Assembly (NCBI RefSeq): GCF_001194135.2
Contig: NC_068992.1
Location: forward strand, 12,367,047-12,431,046
Direction of reading: 5' to 3'
Length of the DNA: 64,000 nucleotides
Source of the DNA: Octopus bimaculoides
Lineage: Eukaryota
Within the stretch, counting starts at the first letter, position 1; the number at the start of each line of letters is the position of its first letter. The notes under the pieces are model-generated. The model was not told the origin of the DNA and did not search any database. It saw only the letters and a program-made list of their open reading frames with translations. Positions 39,691-54,362 of the stretch are shown here, piece after piece. The position numbers were made by a program, and so were the translations under genes.

Positions 39691-40872
39691 CGCACATCGA
39701 GGGCTTCTGAATCGCTCTTTCTAACTACCAAACACCATTCAAACTTTATCTTTCATCTCTGTAGAGATGAACAAATGATCGCACAGTTATATCAAAACTG
39801 CAAATCTGTGATTCTAAAGTAAACTTATCTACACAGACGTACTTGCGCCTATTTGCATAAGTGTTTAAATAAAGAAAACGCGTGGCTATTATTATACAAA
39901 TTTAAAGGTTAATATGAGTTTCAGCGTAAACTGGTGATTGTTCAATTGTGTGTATCACAACATTGATAGTGTCATGTTAACAATGGGTACTTATTTGAAG
40001 GACTGTAACACCGCTAATAATCCTTTCAGATGAAGTGTCTTACTCTTTTGAAGAAACATGTTAAAAGAAATATTTCGTCTTTCAAGTGGAATGCCAGGTG
40101 ACAGAACAACCTTTACGTAAGAATGATAGAATACCTGTTGTCAAAGTATCTTGAGAAAAGATAGAAATTGGAAAAAAAAAATTTGTCATGCTAATATCTC
40201 ATTCATTTGAATTCATGCAAAAAATCTGAACAACATGGTGTGCAAATTTTTTATTGTAAACAACACAGGATTGATATACGACAGAATGTCACATATAAAA
40301 AAAAAATGAACGAAATAAAATAATTAAAACAAACAATTAGCTGGTAATTACAGGAGCTGAAATGTACAGCGCTGTCCATAATATACAACCATTTAAAAAG
40401 TGACTATGTAAGTAAGATTTTCTCACCCAACTATTTTGACATTTTGGTCGGATGAGATGAAATAGACAGCAGACACGGAAATATTTGCTGAAAAAGTTTT
40501 AAAGAACAATTTTAAATAAAAATAGAACACTATGGTATAACATGTATGCACGCGTTATACGCAACAAACAATGCCTCACATGTATGAGAGTGAATGTATG
40601 TGTGCGTCAGTTTGTGTATGTCGCTCCCGAAATGGGACCGGCAAATGTATATAAGAATACATATGAATATATAAGTGTGTGCATACATAGTACATACACG
40701 CACTTATACTTATGTGTATTTTTAAAATCTTTCATAAACGAAATTTTTCACACTCTCAAACACGCACACACGTATAAATACGTACATAAAATATGGATCC
40801 TGTAAGAGAGAGAAAGACTGAAAGAAAGTAAAAGAGAAGCTGATAGAATGACAGAAATTTTAAGAGAATCTA

Positions 40873-40911
<39 letters not shown>

Positions 40912-40954
40912 GTATATACATATAAATACATAAATATATATATATATATACACG

Positions 40955-40988
<34 letters not shown>

Positions 40989-41477
40989 CATATATTTATA
41001 TATACACACGTGAAAAAATGGACTAAAAGGAATAGGAGGAGTCACGTTGGACCGTGAATCGGTGAAGAGGTCACGATGTCTCATTAAAGATTTCCAGACA
41101 TATGATAAAAAATAAGAGCAATAATAAAAGAAATCTTAAGTAAAAAACGAATGTATTGTGCGTGTGTTTCTTTGAGGTAAAATATTTTAAAACTGATAAC
41201 GAAATAACTTCCATTCCCGAAATATAAGTATATAAGACTGTACTAGAATAGATGAAAGCGCTAATTTATAAAAACATGTGACATATTAATAAAAATTTGT
41301 AAATGCACAACCATCCAGATATTTGAGTTCCTTATTATTTTTTCTAAAATATAATTCCTGTACATCACCTCNNNNNNNNNNTATATATACATACATACAT
41401 ATATATATGGCTTGGAGGAGATGCATTTTTAATGAAGTGGAGCTTTAGAGTAGCTATATATATATATATATATATTT

Positions 41478-41670
41478 ATAGAGGGAGAATTCACAATAAA
41501 AACAAAAGACGAAGCCAGGTGGTGTAGACAAACAGATGTTTTGGTTTAACGCTCAAGAAGAGAAAACGTCTTATACGTTTCGAGCCTACTCTCTTCCACA
41601 GAAAGGAACACAGGAAGAAACAGGGAGGGAAAATAAAGAATGTGGAGTGGCTAGCGATCTATCATGGCGT
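41478..41670. mobile_element. Penelope-like terminal (pLTR-type) fragment next to (TA)n
   Basis: acgtttcgagcctactctcttc; the reverse complement gaagag...ctcgaaacgt resembles the short conserved motif at PLE ends. Confidence 0.45.
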
Positions 41671-42046
41671 ATGATGTATTTATATATATGCACATACATA
41701 TTACACGTGTGTGCGGGCGCGCGCGCGATTGTGTAGACATATTTTTTCGAGAATCCTGAAACCATACTCAAGACAAAAGTGTATAGAACAGATGGGTTCT
41801 GTTTATTCCACATACAGCCGCACATTTTCCACATGTCATTCCCTTTTATTGCCGTTTCTTATGTAATATACTTACAAACTGATATGAAAATTTGAATTCT
41901 GTCCATCGCATTACGTGCTTTGCTTAACTTGATCATAAATGCATTTCTTCGGTATCTAAGAATTACTTCTAACTGTCACCAAATAGTATACGCAGAGAGA
42001 GCTAGAAACATATTCACGGAAACACATTCAAACAAAGGCACATATA

Positions 42047-42082
<36 letters not shown>

Positions 42083-43510
42083 CGTGCCTTGTATGTGCGT
42101 ACATAATTACGCCCATACAGGCGCCTACACACGTGATTGCGCACATACACGCACGCGAGGATATGTGCATGTGTATTTCTGTATTCGAATACGTATACGT
42201 ATGCATCNNNNNNNNNNNNNNNNNNNNNNNNNNNNNNNNNNNNNNNNNNNNNNNNNNNNNNNNNNNNNNNNNNNNNNNNNNNNNNNNNNNNNNNNNNNNN
42301 NNNNNNNNNNNNNNNNNNNNNNNNNNNNNNNNNNNNNNNNNNNNNNNNNNNNNNNNNNNNNNNNNNNNNNNNNNNNNNNNNNNNNNNNNNNNNNNNNNNN
42401 NNNNNNNNNNNNNNNNNNNNNNNNNNNNNNNNNNNNNNNNNNNNNNNNNNNNNNNNNNNNNNNNNNNNNNNNNNNNNNNNNNNNNNNNNNNNNNNNNNNN
42501 NNNNNNNNNNNNNNNNNNNNNNNNNNNNNNNNNNNNNNNNNNNNNNNNNNNNNNNNNNNNNNNNNNNNNNNNNNNNNNNNNNNNNNNNNNNNNNNNNNNN
42601 NNNNNNNNNNNNNNNNNNNNNNNNNNNNNNNNNNNNNNNNNNNNNNNNNNNNNNNNNNNNNNNNNNNNNNNNNNNNNNNNNNNNNNNNNNNNNNNNNNNN
42701 NNNNNNNNNNNNNNNNNNNNNNNNNNNNNNNNNNNNNNNNNNNNNNNNNNNNNNNNNNNNNNNNNNNNNNNNNNNNNNNNNNNNNNNNNNNNNNNNNNNN
42801 NNNNNNNNNNNNNNNNNNNNNNNNNNNNNNNNNNNNNNNNNNNNATATATATATATATATATATATACCATGATGAAAATATTAACACGACCTCGGAGAC
42901 TAAACACCACATAATCTAAAAAACGAAGAAAAAATATGTAAAATGATGGTTGCTGCGGAGGCTACAATAAAAATGAACATCTAATAAATAACCAGAACTT
43001 ATTTATTTCAAACATTATCAAACATGTCTGCAATAAATATAATCTTTTACTTATAACTGTTTGTTTAACGTCCGACGAAATTGCTTTCACATTGTTTAAT
43101 ATGAACTTTCGTCTATGGCGGCATTTTTATATGTAAATATTCACACGCACACACACACATATGTAAATATTCAGACACACGTAGACACACACAAATATAC
43201 ACACGCACACAAACACGCATATATGTATAAATTCATATAAGCATGTGTGTGTATGCTTGTGAAGAATTTATCTGTGCGGATATGCTTGCGTTTGAACACA
43301 TATTTAAACATGCCTGAAGTTATGTATATGAAATTGGTTTGGTCCGGAGATATATTCAAATATACATAGAGAGACTCATATATACACACATACAGACTCA
43401 CTCCCACACACGTCTATCTATCTCTGCATTTATCTATATATGTAAGTATCTATCTATCTGTCTGTCTGACTGTCTCTCTCACTCTGTTTCTGTCTGTCTG
43501 TCTCCTCCTC

Positions 43511-43546
<36 letters not shown>

Positions 43547-43779
43547 ATCTCTCTCTCTTTCCCTCTGTATGTATATGTGTGTGTATGTGTTTGTGAACAC
43601 TTACGTTACTGAATATATATATATATATATATATATGTGCGTGCGTTTATGTTTGTTTTCATCTATTAAAAATATATATTACAATGAATATATGTGTAAT
43701 AACTTGTATCAGTCTATTACTCACAAATCTGCGCATGTGTTTTCCACACACGCACACAGATACACACACATACACACAC

Positions 43780-43824
<45 letters not shown>

Positions 43825-43924
43825 NNNNNNNNNNNNNNNNNNNNNNNNNNNNNNNNNNNNNNNNNNNNNNNNNNNNNNNNNNNNNNNNNNNNNNNNNNNN
43901 NNNNNNNNNNNNNNNNNNNNNNNN

Positions 43925-43990
<66 letters not shown>

Positions 43991-45049
43991 TTATATATAT
44001 ATATATATAATCATGCATATATACATAGACATATACGCACATACGAATACATATCCTTATAAATTTGTCTACGCTCAAATTGAGATGTTTGATTTCGTGT
44101 ATGTGAGAATATATGTTTTGTTTTATACTTGAATATACTCTGTATATATTTGTTTCTTTCACTTGGCGTGTAAGATTTGAGGGAAACGTCTGCGCCTGTG
44201 TGTTTCGCTTATGTCCGTTTACTTGTTTGTGTCTATGTGTCTTCCTGCACATGTGTTCTTTAAATGTGGATGTATATATTTCTGACCTTGTTATGAATAT
44301 CTGTTGATGCATCTATATCAATGTTATTACTAAATCAAGTTCGAATACATGACAGTGGAAATGTACAAAGAAATTGAACATAAATAACACAGGAAAAGTA
44401 ACAGCGAAAATAAAAATAATTCTTTGCTGGTTAGATGTATTTTGATAATTTTCTGTTCATGGATAAAGGCAAGAATTATCGATTGAAGGAGACAGTGAAC
44501 ATGATTGGATCAAAAAATAGCAATAGGAATAATAGCGTTTAAAATATGATTATACATTGTAAATAACTATAATAACAACATCAATAATAATGATTGTGTA
44601 TTGCTTCATTGTACGGAAACATAAAGATTTCATCGGGTAATATGGCATGTTGATTTAATCACAGCAATATTGACTGGTTAATTTACTTTAATTAATCTAA
44701 CCACAATGGTATTAAAACTGGAAATATTATTTCGGAAGAACTGGAAATTGGAAAAAAATGGAATTTTCTGAATATTGAAATGCTGATTCCTAAAATTGGT
44801 ACAACGGCGTGTTTTTGTTTTGTGTGTGAGCTTAAAGGCAAACGATCATAAAGATATCGAAAATAAGCTTTTATTTACTTTCCAGCAACGAATATTGCAT
44901 GGGGATATGGATTTGAAAGAATATGTAAAAGGGTAATCATTTCGGGAATATGAAGATGGTAATGATTTCTCATTCCTTTTAAGCGGGTGTACCTTTCATT
45001 TTGGCTTGGTACTCTAGCGCTTCTATCAATCTATCTACAGAATCGATTG

Positions 45050-45340
45050 ATATGCGTATCAGTTTAACACGTGACAACAGCCGTTTGGCGTAACACCACA
45101 CACCACTGATGCTGAATAAACAATCGTATGTTCGTTGAACGCTTCATTGGTTTATGGGCATCTCGAAAAACCTTAAAAAAATACTAATGAACAGAACGTT
45201 TTGCAGCATGTGAAAATGAGCATACTATGGGACATCGCATTTTATGTACAGAGCGAAACTGAGGCAACCCTTTAAAATTCCTGCTTGTCAAATGTTACCA
45301 GGAACAGAAATATCTCGTAATCGATGAAGTTCTTGCAAAA
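45050..45340 (+). mobile_element. Very degenerate R4-like RLE fragment
   Basis: EQNVLQHVKMSILWDIAF...KYLVID resembles ENxxVKILWDFxIQTD...CLIID. Confidence 0.35.
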
Positions 45341-45509
45341 GGTAAAAAGAAATGCAGATTAAATCAAAAGCAATACATATAATGATAAGTATTTAGGGTA
45401 TGAAAATAAAATATACTGACGAATACGTAGCCAACTGCCCAGGACTTAAACGCATACATAACGGAAATACAAAGCCATACAATATATATATATATATACA
45501 TACATACAT

Positions 45510-45581
<72 letters not shown>

Positions 45582-46639
45582 AAATAACCTCAATAGGATA
45601 GTACATAACACACAGAAACAAAATAAGATTATGCACGTGCACATAAGCACGTTGAGCTTTGATCGTTTTGATAGTAAATGCACGTAATACAAATAAAGCT
45701 ATTCAGGTAATAATAATACACATGTGGCTAGTAGAATAGCAATACAAAACTCTAAGATTAAAGTAAATGTCTGAATGCATTAACCATTGCTGTAATAAGC
45801 TCTACTTGTACTGTAAATAAATCGGAAAATAAACGGATCTAGTGAGACTAGATAGAAAACAAATCGCAAAATATATAAAATACATTCTACAATACATCAA
45901 AGAAAGGCAAAAAAATGAAGCAGACAGGTTATATTTATCGCTGGTGTAAGCTAGAAGAGTTATACAGTAAGAAAATTACTATATAATAGCTTGTGTTCGT
46001 TTACACACACAGACACACAATCTCATATTTACACGCATTTGCGCACACTCAGATTTAGATACGTGAGTAGTATGTGTATAGACATATACACCCGCACACT
46101 ATACACATAAATTCACACGCACACGCGTGTGTAGTTCTGGTGTTTTATATACATTTATATGTGTGCGTTCTTTTGGATGTGTGCATTTGTAGTGTCTGCT
46201 TGTGTACGTCAACATTACCTATTATTAACTGTGGTAAAAAGTAGAACTGTAGTGAAAAGTAAGAAGTAGAACAAGAAATTGCTACTAAATATGTTCAAAG
46301 GAATATTTGCAATTCTTATCTTTTGTAATATCCCCTGTGCCTTATATATCTACAATGTGGCCTATCGCATCAGAATATCCTACATTGGATCCTGTAAATG
46401 TACTTAGAGATTCAATAATCTAGGGTATTTGCAGTACATTAGACAACCCGAAATAGTATGAATTAAAATACGATAAGTATGAAAGCGGTACCATTTGACC
46501 CAAAGTAATAGGATTGCGTGTTTTGAATTTGAGACATAAATAGTGACAGGAAAGAGTTTGCACAAATAAGCATTGCCAACAGATAATAAACGTGTCCGAT
46601 AAGAATGGAGTTAACGTTATATATAAAAATAATTTACTT

Positions 46640-48260
46640 CTCATATCTCGGACGTAGCTAATAACAGTAGGAATGGAGACGAGAAGAGTACGGCTCTTAA
46701 AATGTACATACTTTATAGGTACACTAAAGCCAAGGAATGGGACTTCAATACGGAGAAAAAAATAAACCTTTATCTAAATGTGTTTTGAATGACAGCCGAT
46801 TAATGTATGCCACATTCGCAAATCCATCACCGCGCAAAGGATGTCAGATACGCCAATATAAATAGTAAAAGAGAAGATGTATCAAGAAAATACAACAAAG
46901 CAAGAAAGAAAAAACACCAAAAATAATTGTAAATCACGAGTAAGACAAATTATAAATGAAGATAGAAAAATCAAACCTTAATTTGTAAGATACTTACCGA
47001 TGAACTCTAAACACGAAAGAACATAGGAATACAAATGATTATGAGACATGTTAACATGTAGAAAATAATCAAGATTGGAATTTTGAATACGATGAAAATA
47101 TTTAAAACTAGAATTATCTAAGAATTGAACATGAATAGAGGATCTTTCTCTGGAACGAAGACGACTTCGTGAAAATAGATGCTTGCATTGATAACAGCAA
47201 AATCTATCAAAACCTGTCTACGCAGAAGCTAAAAGAGACTCGATGAAATGTGAGAATTTCGTTTAAACCATTTGTATGCGAGTATCTAATTCCAAATAAA
47301 CAACTTGGAAATCAAGCTTGTTACGAACGAAGCAATAAAAGAACATATCTTTTCATCCTTATTGTAATCCAAAAGGAGAAGACACAAATCAAAAACTCGA
47401 TATACAGATCCTAAATATATACAATATAGCAAAAACAGAATTACCAAAATCAAAGAGTGCCTAAATTATTAGATTCCCTCTGTATTGCAAATAATCCCTC
47501 ATTATGAAAAGTGACAACGATTCGTTGAACAAAACAAATAGTTGCATCTGAACTATTATCGGTTTTACCAAGAACTAGGTAAACGTATTAGAAAAATCAA
47601 TGCCAAAGCAATAGCTAGAGTAGTTGCAGAATTTTAGGGAGGATTATAGACAGAGAATAGATGACAACGACATGAATGTTCAAAGCAACTACAAAATCCG
47701 AACATTGGAAGAAGTAATAACAATACAACTAATATCCCAGAGCCTATTGGAAAGCAATCGGGAATGATCCAAAATTCCTGTTTGGAACAAGCTCGCAAAT
47801 ACTGCTTGCAAAAATATTTAATTTTTTATTGAAAGAGCCACAAACAATGCGTGAACGGCCTGTGAAGTTAAAACACTCTTAATCCTTAATATTATAAGAA
47901 GAATAAACCCTGAAACTGAAGGTCCTTAACGTACCTGCATATATTATTTAAATCGTTAACTGCAGTGATATTGCAGAGGACAAATGCTTATATGGAAAGA
48001 AAAACAAAAACAAAAATATCTCACTCAATTCCAGTGGAACAGAAAGGATTTTTCAAAGGCGCATCAAAGTGTTGTAATGATCAATTACTGATCAATAAAG
48101 CTATAACAGAAGACTAAAAGGAGAAATAGAGGTTTGAGAATAGCACAGATTGATTACTAGAAGGTTATTGATAGTGTTTCCTCTCATGGATTATGGAAAC
48201 ATTAGCTCAGAAACGGAGAAGCATTAATAACAAGCAAACGTATAAAGTATGCTGACAATA
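46640..48260 (+). mobile_element. R4/Dong-like retrotransposon, N-terminal region and RT start, 3'-truncated and degenerate
   Basis: TAQRMSD (about 46830; cf. TEQRLADQ), YWKAIGND (about 47746; cf. NWKAPGxD), PVEQKGFFKGASKCCNDQLLINKAITED (from 48031) and IDY*KVIDSV (about 48150). Confidence 0.85.
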
Positions 48261-48369
48261 AAAGGTAAATATACAAGACAAATATATTTTTGTCTAAATT
48301 ATTCAGATAACAAATAATCTTTATCATATACAAATATTGTACAACTAAGTATCTTCATTTCGGATTTTA

Positions 48370-49050
48370 TAGATGCAGCGTTTCAGTCAGTGTACACACC
48401 AACCTTCTTCAGGTAATAATGTTTTTGGTATTTTTCTTTTGTTAAAAAATTCGGACTGAAGTAGTACTTTATTTATTTATTTTTCTTCCATTGTCCATGA
48501 CCTGGGTACTCTCCTTTCAGTTATCAAGTGATATTGTTTGCGAGCTCTGCTTGAACCTGCGTATATATTGTTTAACTGATGCAAAGATGAAATAGCATGG
48601 TCATGTGGGAACCTTTAACACAGAAATGATACTGAGGCGTGAAAAAAATCTAATGACATAAAAATATAAAATTTAATACTTATAATGTCCATTACATAAT
48701 TGTTCTACAGCACAATAGGATAGTGAATATAAACATTGGTTGTGATCTTGATGAACGTGGTTAGAAAATGGCAAGATTTAAATCCCTAGGACAGTTAAAA
48801 GTTGCATAATTTGATGCAAGTGTGACGAGATAATATATCATAAGGTCGAGATTTTCTGATAGGAGAATATCGTTGGTAAATAGTATGGAATGAGAACAAC
48901 TTACTCCAGTGAATTCAGTAAAAGTTCGGTTCGAAATAACGATAGTATGATAGGTACCTGAAGAAGTCCATTGTGTTCAATGAGCCAAATATTTTGACAA
49001 TAACAACCAAGATGAGAACATTGTTCGAAATATTACAAGTTGTAACAATA
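48370..49050 (-). mobile_element. Degenerate Penelope-like element, C-terminal region and terminal motif
   Basis: gcgtttcag...ccttcttcagg terminal motif at about 48377-48413. Minus-strand pieces VIVKIFGSL, SNRTFTEFTGVSCS and HLCIS resemble PLE IGKIFLxL, FNRNTVKxSYSC and CxLCxSE. Confidence 0.45.
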
Positions 49051-49479
49051 AACAAATAAATCATTGTAAAATTTATACCCAAAGACAGAAGTAGATGTAT
49101 ACAAAACAGTGAAATAGAGAAAATAACATGAATTTAAATCATTACGTCTATGCTAACGTACTTAGTGTCGGGCAACGAACAAATATTGATGACTTGAAAT
49201 TACGTTATTGTGTGAGAACGAATGTGAAGTATGCAAACGTCATAAACCAGTGATAGAGAAATAATTGCATCAGTTTCAGAATTAATTTCGGTGAAATATA
49301 GAAGAAACATGAATATAGAAATATAGAAGAAACATGAATGCAACGAAATATATTTCTCTCGGCACAACTCGGTCAATATGTATAGATTTTTGTAAACTGA
49401 AAGAAGCTGTGAACATTCTTTTTTCAGTAGTAAATGACACAATTAAAGCAACTGAACTAATAACATAAAAATACATAAT

Positions 49480-49650
49480 TCTTTCTGTTATAGGCCGAAA
49501 TTTGTAGAGTCGGGGAGGCAATTCGACCATATCGACTCCAGTGCGTAACTGGTTCTTATTTAATCGACCCGGAAATGATGAAAGGCAAAGTCGACCTCGG
49601 CGGAATTTGAACTCAGAACGAAGTGATGAACGAAATACCGATTCTGCCAG
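49480..49650 (-). mobile_element. Meta/MESC-like SINE
   Basis: actggttcttatttaatcgacccggaaatgatgaaaggcaaagtcgacctcggcggaatttgaactcagaacg. Confidence 0.88.
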
Positions 49651-50380
49651 CTCGCTATCTTGACTTAAAAATAAATAGTACAAATAGATGGCGAGACATG
49701 CGATGACGTATGGGAAAAGAAATAGACTCAGTTAAATGAAATTTGCTTATTGTTGGAAAATGAAGAGAATAATTATAAGGTAAAGATTAAGGAATGTTGG
49801 GGAAAATATGAAATTATTTCGCTAGACCCATAGTTATAACATGAAACAAAGAGAGGTTATTTAATTTCGTATGTTTAATTTCTGTCTACTAATTCCATAT
49901 AGACATTTATTATATATATTGTGAAGATGTTGGAATGGAGCCGTTTACTTAGAAGTGATTGTCGACCTAGATCGAAGAAAGTATCACGAGAATATTTTGA
50001 GCACTTTATAAGACCTTGGCGGTGGAAATGCTCGCTGAGGAACACTTTAAAAAGAAGACTATTAAACACGAAATGTGAAAGAATTCGACATCGATTGAAA
50101 CGAATACAATGAATATACATGCATACACTCACGCATATACACGCACACATATAGTCCGGAGGTATGAGAGGTGACTTTTTATGTATTTAACCACGTGATT
50201 TCCAGGGGATTATGGCGTTTCGTAACTCTCATGTGGTATGAATTTCAGTATGGAAAAATTGTGTATATGTTTCCGTTAATAAATATACAGAGGCCGTAAG
50301 AGGCACTTTCTGACACACCCACACAATTATATGAATTAACATATTACACTGCCATCTGTATCTCCCACACACACACACTC

Positions 50381-50431
<51 letters not shown>

Positions 50432-50559
50432 TCCTCTCTCTCTATCTCTCTTTCTTTCTTTCTTTTTTTCTCTCTCTTTCTTTCTTTCTCTCTTTGAATC
50501 TATATCTAGAGAGATATATACATACATACATATATATATATATATACATACGTATCAGA

Positions 50560-51095
50560 CATCCAGTAAGCATCATGGTATTTAGAGTGATCACTAGTGA
50601 TGGTGACGTTATCCCATACGGCCTTAGACTCACCACGGAGGCCTACACCAATTGCCTGGATGAGGTAGTGCTGCCTTGGGTGAAGAGGGCGAATGCTGGA
50701 AGACGCTCTGACGGACAACAAGACTCTTCACTATTCCATACAAGCAAGGGGACCCACTCATGGCTAAGAGACAATATCTACGACCGCATCACCCCTGATG
50801 TCTGGCTCCAAATTCCTCAGACTTTAACCACCTTGATTATTATGTAAGAGACGCAGTCGACCAAGAGACCAACAAAACTCTTTGTAACACCAAAGATTAA
50901 CTGAAGGCAAGGATTGTGGCAGCATTCACCAACTTAAACAAGGAGAAGCCAAAGGCGATTTTATTGAATAAATTTACTCTTTGGTATTTCAAGATATTTT
51001 TGTGTAATTTTGGTAAATATATCTATTAAAATGAGATGTCGGTGTTATTTTCATTTTTGCGTAATTTAGACGACAGTTTATTCAGCGTTCCGAGT
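50560..51095 (+). mobile_element. maT-type (DD37D) Tc1/mariner transposon, 3' part with right TIR
   Basis: HPVSIMVFRVITSDGDVIP...EVVLPWVKR...QQD. From that D, 37 residues (repairing one 1-nt deletion) lead to the D of LDYY. Ends gacagtttattcagcgttccgag|TA. Confidence 0.88.
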
Positions 51096-51175
51096 ATATA
51101 CACACACACACACACACACACATACACACACACACACACATACACACACACATACATATATGTATATCGGTATGT

Positions 51176-51215
<40 letters not shown>

Positions 51216-52129
51216 TAATAAAAAAAAAACAGGAGTCGTTAATCAAAATAACAGTTTAAGAAATATATTCAAATTACGCAAAACACTGATTGAATAATAT
51301 ACGGCAGGATTATTGATTTTTATCTTATATTGGCATCAGCCTACAAATTTCCGAAGAATGGATGTAGTTGTCTTGGTACTTAATTCATTGATACAAGGCT
51401 CCTAAGATACAAAATAAAGCCCAGCGGCATTTGATATATTTGAAATATAGAAAGTCGATAGTACACACAACCACACACTCACACACATATGTATATANNN
51501 NNNNNNNNNNNNNNNNNNNNNNNNNNNNNNNNNNNNNNNNNNNNNNNNNNNNNNNNNNNNNNNNNNNNNNNNNNNNNNNNNNNNNNNNNNNNNNNNNNNN
51601 NNNNNNNNNNNNNNNNNNNNNNNNNNNNNNNNNNNNNNNNNNNNNNNNNNNNNNNNNNNNNNNNNNNNNNNNNNNNNNNNNNNNNNNNNNNNNNNNNNNN
51701 NNNNNNNNNNNNNNNNNNNNNNNNNNNNNNNNNNNNNNNNNNNNNNNNNNNNNNNNNNNNNNNNNNNNNNNNNNNNNNNNNNNNNNNNNNNNNNNNNNNN
51801 NNNNNNNNNNNNNNNNNNNNNNNNNNNNNNNNNNNNNNNNNNNNNNNNNNNNNNNNNNNNNNNNNNNNNNNNNNNNNNNNNNNNNNNNNNNNNNNNNNNN
51901 NNNNNNNNNNNNNNNNNNNNNNNNNNNNNNNNNNNNNNNNNNNNNNNNNNNNNNNNNNNNNNNNNNNNNNNNNNNNNNNNNNNNNNNNNNNNNNNNNNNN
52001 NNNNNNNNNNNNNNNNNNNNNNNNNNNNNNNNNNNNNNNNNNNNNNNNNNNNNNNNNNNNGTGTGTGTGTGTGTTTGTGTTTACCTCGTCTTCTATCTAG
52101 GAAGTAGAACCTAAGTGGTTTTAGATTCT

Positions 52130-52870
52130 CTCACCCTCCTAGTCGTTCATTAGTTTTAACGAGACAAGTCTTTTGGACTTAGTGGCGTTGAATTAACTCG
52201 AACGAATTCTACTCTCTCCAATCCTTGTCTTTAACTCTATTTGCCGAGTATTAATTGGGAGTATTAATGCAGGTGAATAAGGACGAATATTTTTCATAGG
52301 AAAACCCCACATAATTCTAGATAGCTGGTGAAACAAATGCTTCGAATGCTACTGTTCCCGATTGTAAACTGTATATTGTGTTCCCTGAACATCAATGTCC
52401 TGAGATCAAAGATGGGTGGCAATATGCTTGATTCTGCTCTTTGCATATTATCCTAACTTTAGGATGTTTCCGAGTCATTTTAGTTCAGGAAATCTAAACG
52501 TACTTCACTGCCTTGTTTTTCTTTCGTTAGTACTCCATTTATTATTGTAAGATTTTCCACAAATTTTTCATCGTGATTTGGTGTGTCAGGAGAACGATAT
52601 AGTATGCATGTTAGAACATAAAGTTTGTTTATGTGAATTATAAGCGTATCGGAAACCGAGTTTCAATATGACAACAAGATTAAGAGATGAATATCTCCAC
52701 GTATGAACATCGCAACTACCCCATCACTTCTTCCTTTTTCGTCTGAACAAAACACAGTATACTTAAATATGGTAACTCTCCATCATTGCCAGTTGCTGAT
52801 AGATTTGTTTCGGTGGTTGTTATGCATAACGCTTGATCCCCTACACAAAACCTCTGAAATACGAAATATC
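52130..52870 (-). mobile_element. Degenerate CR1-clade apurinic-like endonuclease fragment
   Basis: Minus strand: ALCITTTETNL (TETHL motif), SDEKGRSDGVVAMFIRGD (RxDR...GGVAxYI), NSVSDTLIIHIN and CILYRSPDTPNHDEKF (YRPP). Confidence 0.8.
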
Positions 52871-53254
52871 ACAAAAAAAAAAACAGCTGTAAAGAACACA
52901 TATGATATAACATCGAGACTCATCAACGAACGGTATGTTGTGAGCAGCATAAAAGAAAGTACAACCGCTGTCATGGAGGAAAATGAAAATAAACGTAAGC
53001 CACACGTGATTCTATCGTAAATAATAAATTCAAGATGGCTACCATTGCGACTAAAATAAACATCACACTAAGTCTATTATAGAAGAGGCGTATACGGATA
53101 TATTGAGGGGAAACGAATAAATGTAAGCTTATGTGCATATATGCATATAAATATGTGTGTGTGTGTGTGTGTATTTGTACAGACATCGTATGCTCACACA
53201 TATAAATCTGTAGGTGCCGCTACATACGTAAACATATATATCTTTCAGTATGCA

Positions 53255-53400
53255 TAAATAACGGAGTTCAATTTCCGCCAAGGTCGACTTTGGTATTCAT
53301 CCTTTAGGGTCGATAATGTAAGTACCAGTCGACGAGTGGGTATTCGACTTAACTTCTTCCTGGAAATAGCTGCCCTTGTGCCGAAATTTGAGACCAATAT
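53255..53400 (+). mobile_element. Meta/MESC-like SINE
   Basis: gagttcaatttccgccaaggtcgactttggtattcatcctttagggtcgataatgtaagtaccagt...ccttgtgccgaaatttgagaccaat. Confidence 0.85.
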
Positions 53401-54139
53401 ATATTTATAGAAACACACATATATCTGTAATATGTTAAAATATAAACAATGCAAAGCGGTTATACACACGGAAACGCACACAAACACACTCACATGCACA
53501 CAAACACACACAGAGACGCACACAAACGTGTGGTTATGTGTATGTGTATATATATGTATGTGTGTGTGCATACATATGTATATATATATATGTATATAAA
53601 TACATACATAATTCATATATATATATATATATGACATATACACTCGTACAGTAGTACATCCACATGCGCGTATGCGTGAGCGTGTGTGTGTGTGTGTGTG
53701 TGTGCTTGCGAGCGTTGTGTGCACCGTTGTGTATGCTTTCTAAGACAGACACACTTGTATGCATCGGCATGTGCATGATACAATTCAAATTTGATACCGT
53801 AAGTATGTTGACCATGATCTGCAATTGGATAATAGTACAGATGTCCAACCAAGTTAAAGCATGATGAGATGTGACAGGTGGCGCTCGTTGGTTGTATGTC
53901 TATGTAACTGTATACATCTTACATTGACGCAACAATGACGTGAACACGCTAGTTCTCGCGTGGCTTTAACTCCAGTTCCGCTGGCGCCAAGTTAGAAAAT
54001 ACGTTCCAACTTTTACTTTCAGTCTCTTGTAATCAAGACAGCAGGATTGGACTTCATCACAACTGCTGAGCAGATAGTACTTCATAGAAGAAATATCTTC
54101 TCTAATAGTTTCGCCTGTCGCTGCATCAAGAAAATCAAT

Positions 54140-54140
54140 A

Positions 54141-54217
<77 letters not shown>

Positions 54218-54222
54218 CACTG

Positions 54223-54258
<36 letters not shown>
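54140..54258. repeat. (TAC)n/(CAC)n microsatellite
   Basis: Directly visible. Confidence 0.98.
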
Positions 54259-54331
54259 TCCCCCTCTGGTATGTATACTAAGGCTACAAGAAAATTCTGT
54301 CTATATGTGTGTGTGTGTGTGTGTGTGTGTT

Positions 54332-54362
<31 letters not shown>

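Noticed and set aside
39765-40407. Short open exon-like segments (39765-39818, about 40030-40097, 40354-40407)
   Set aside because: They are 54-68 nt with middling splice sites, incompatible phases and no recognisable peptide; expected by chance.
53871-53886. CTCF-like core caggtggcgct
   Set aside because: Only the 3' half of the motif matches; a single partial match is not evidence of binding.
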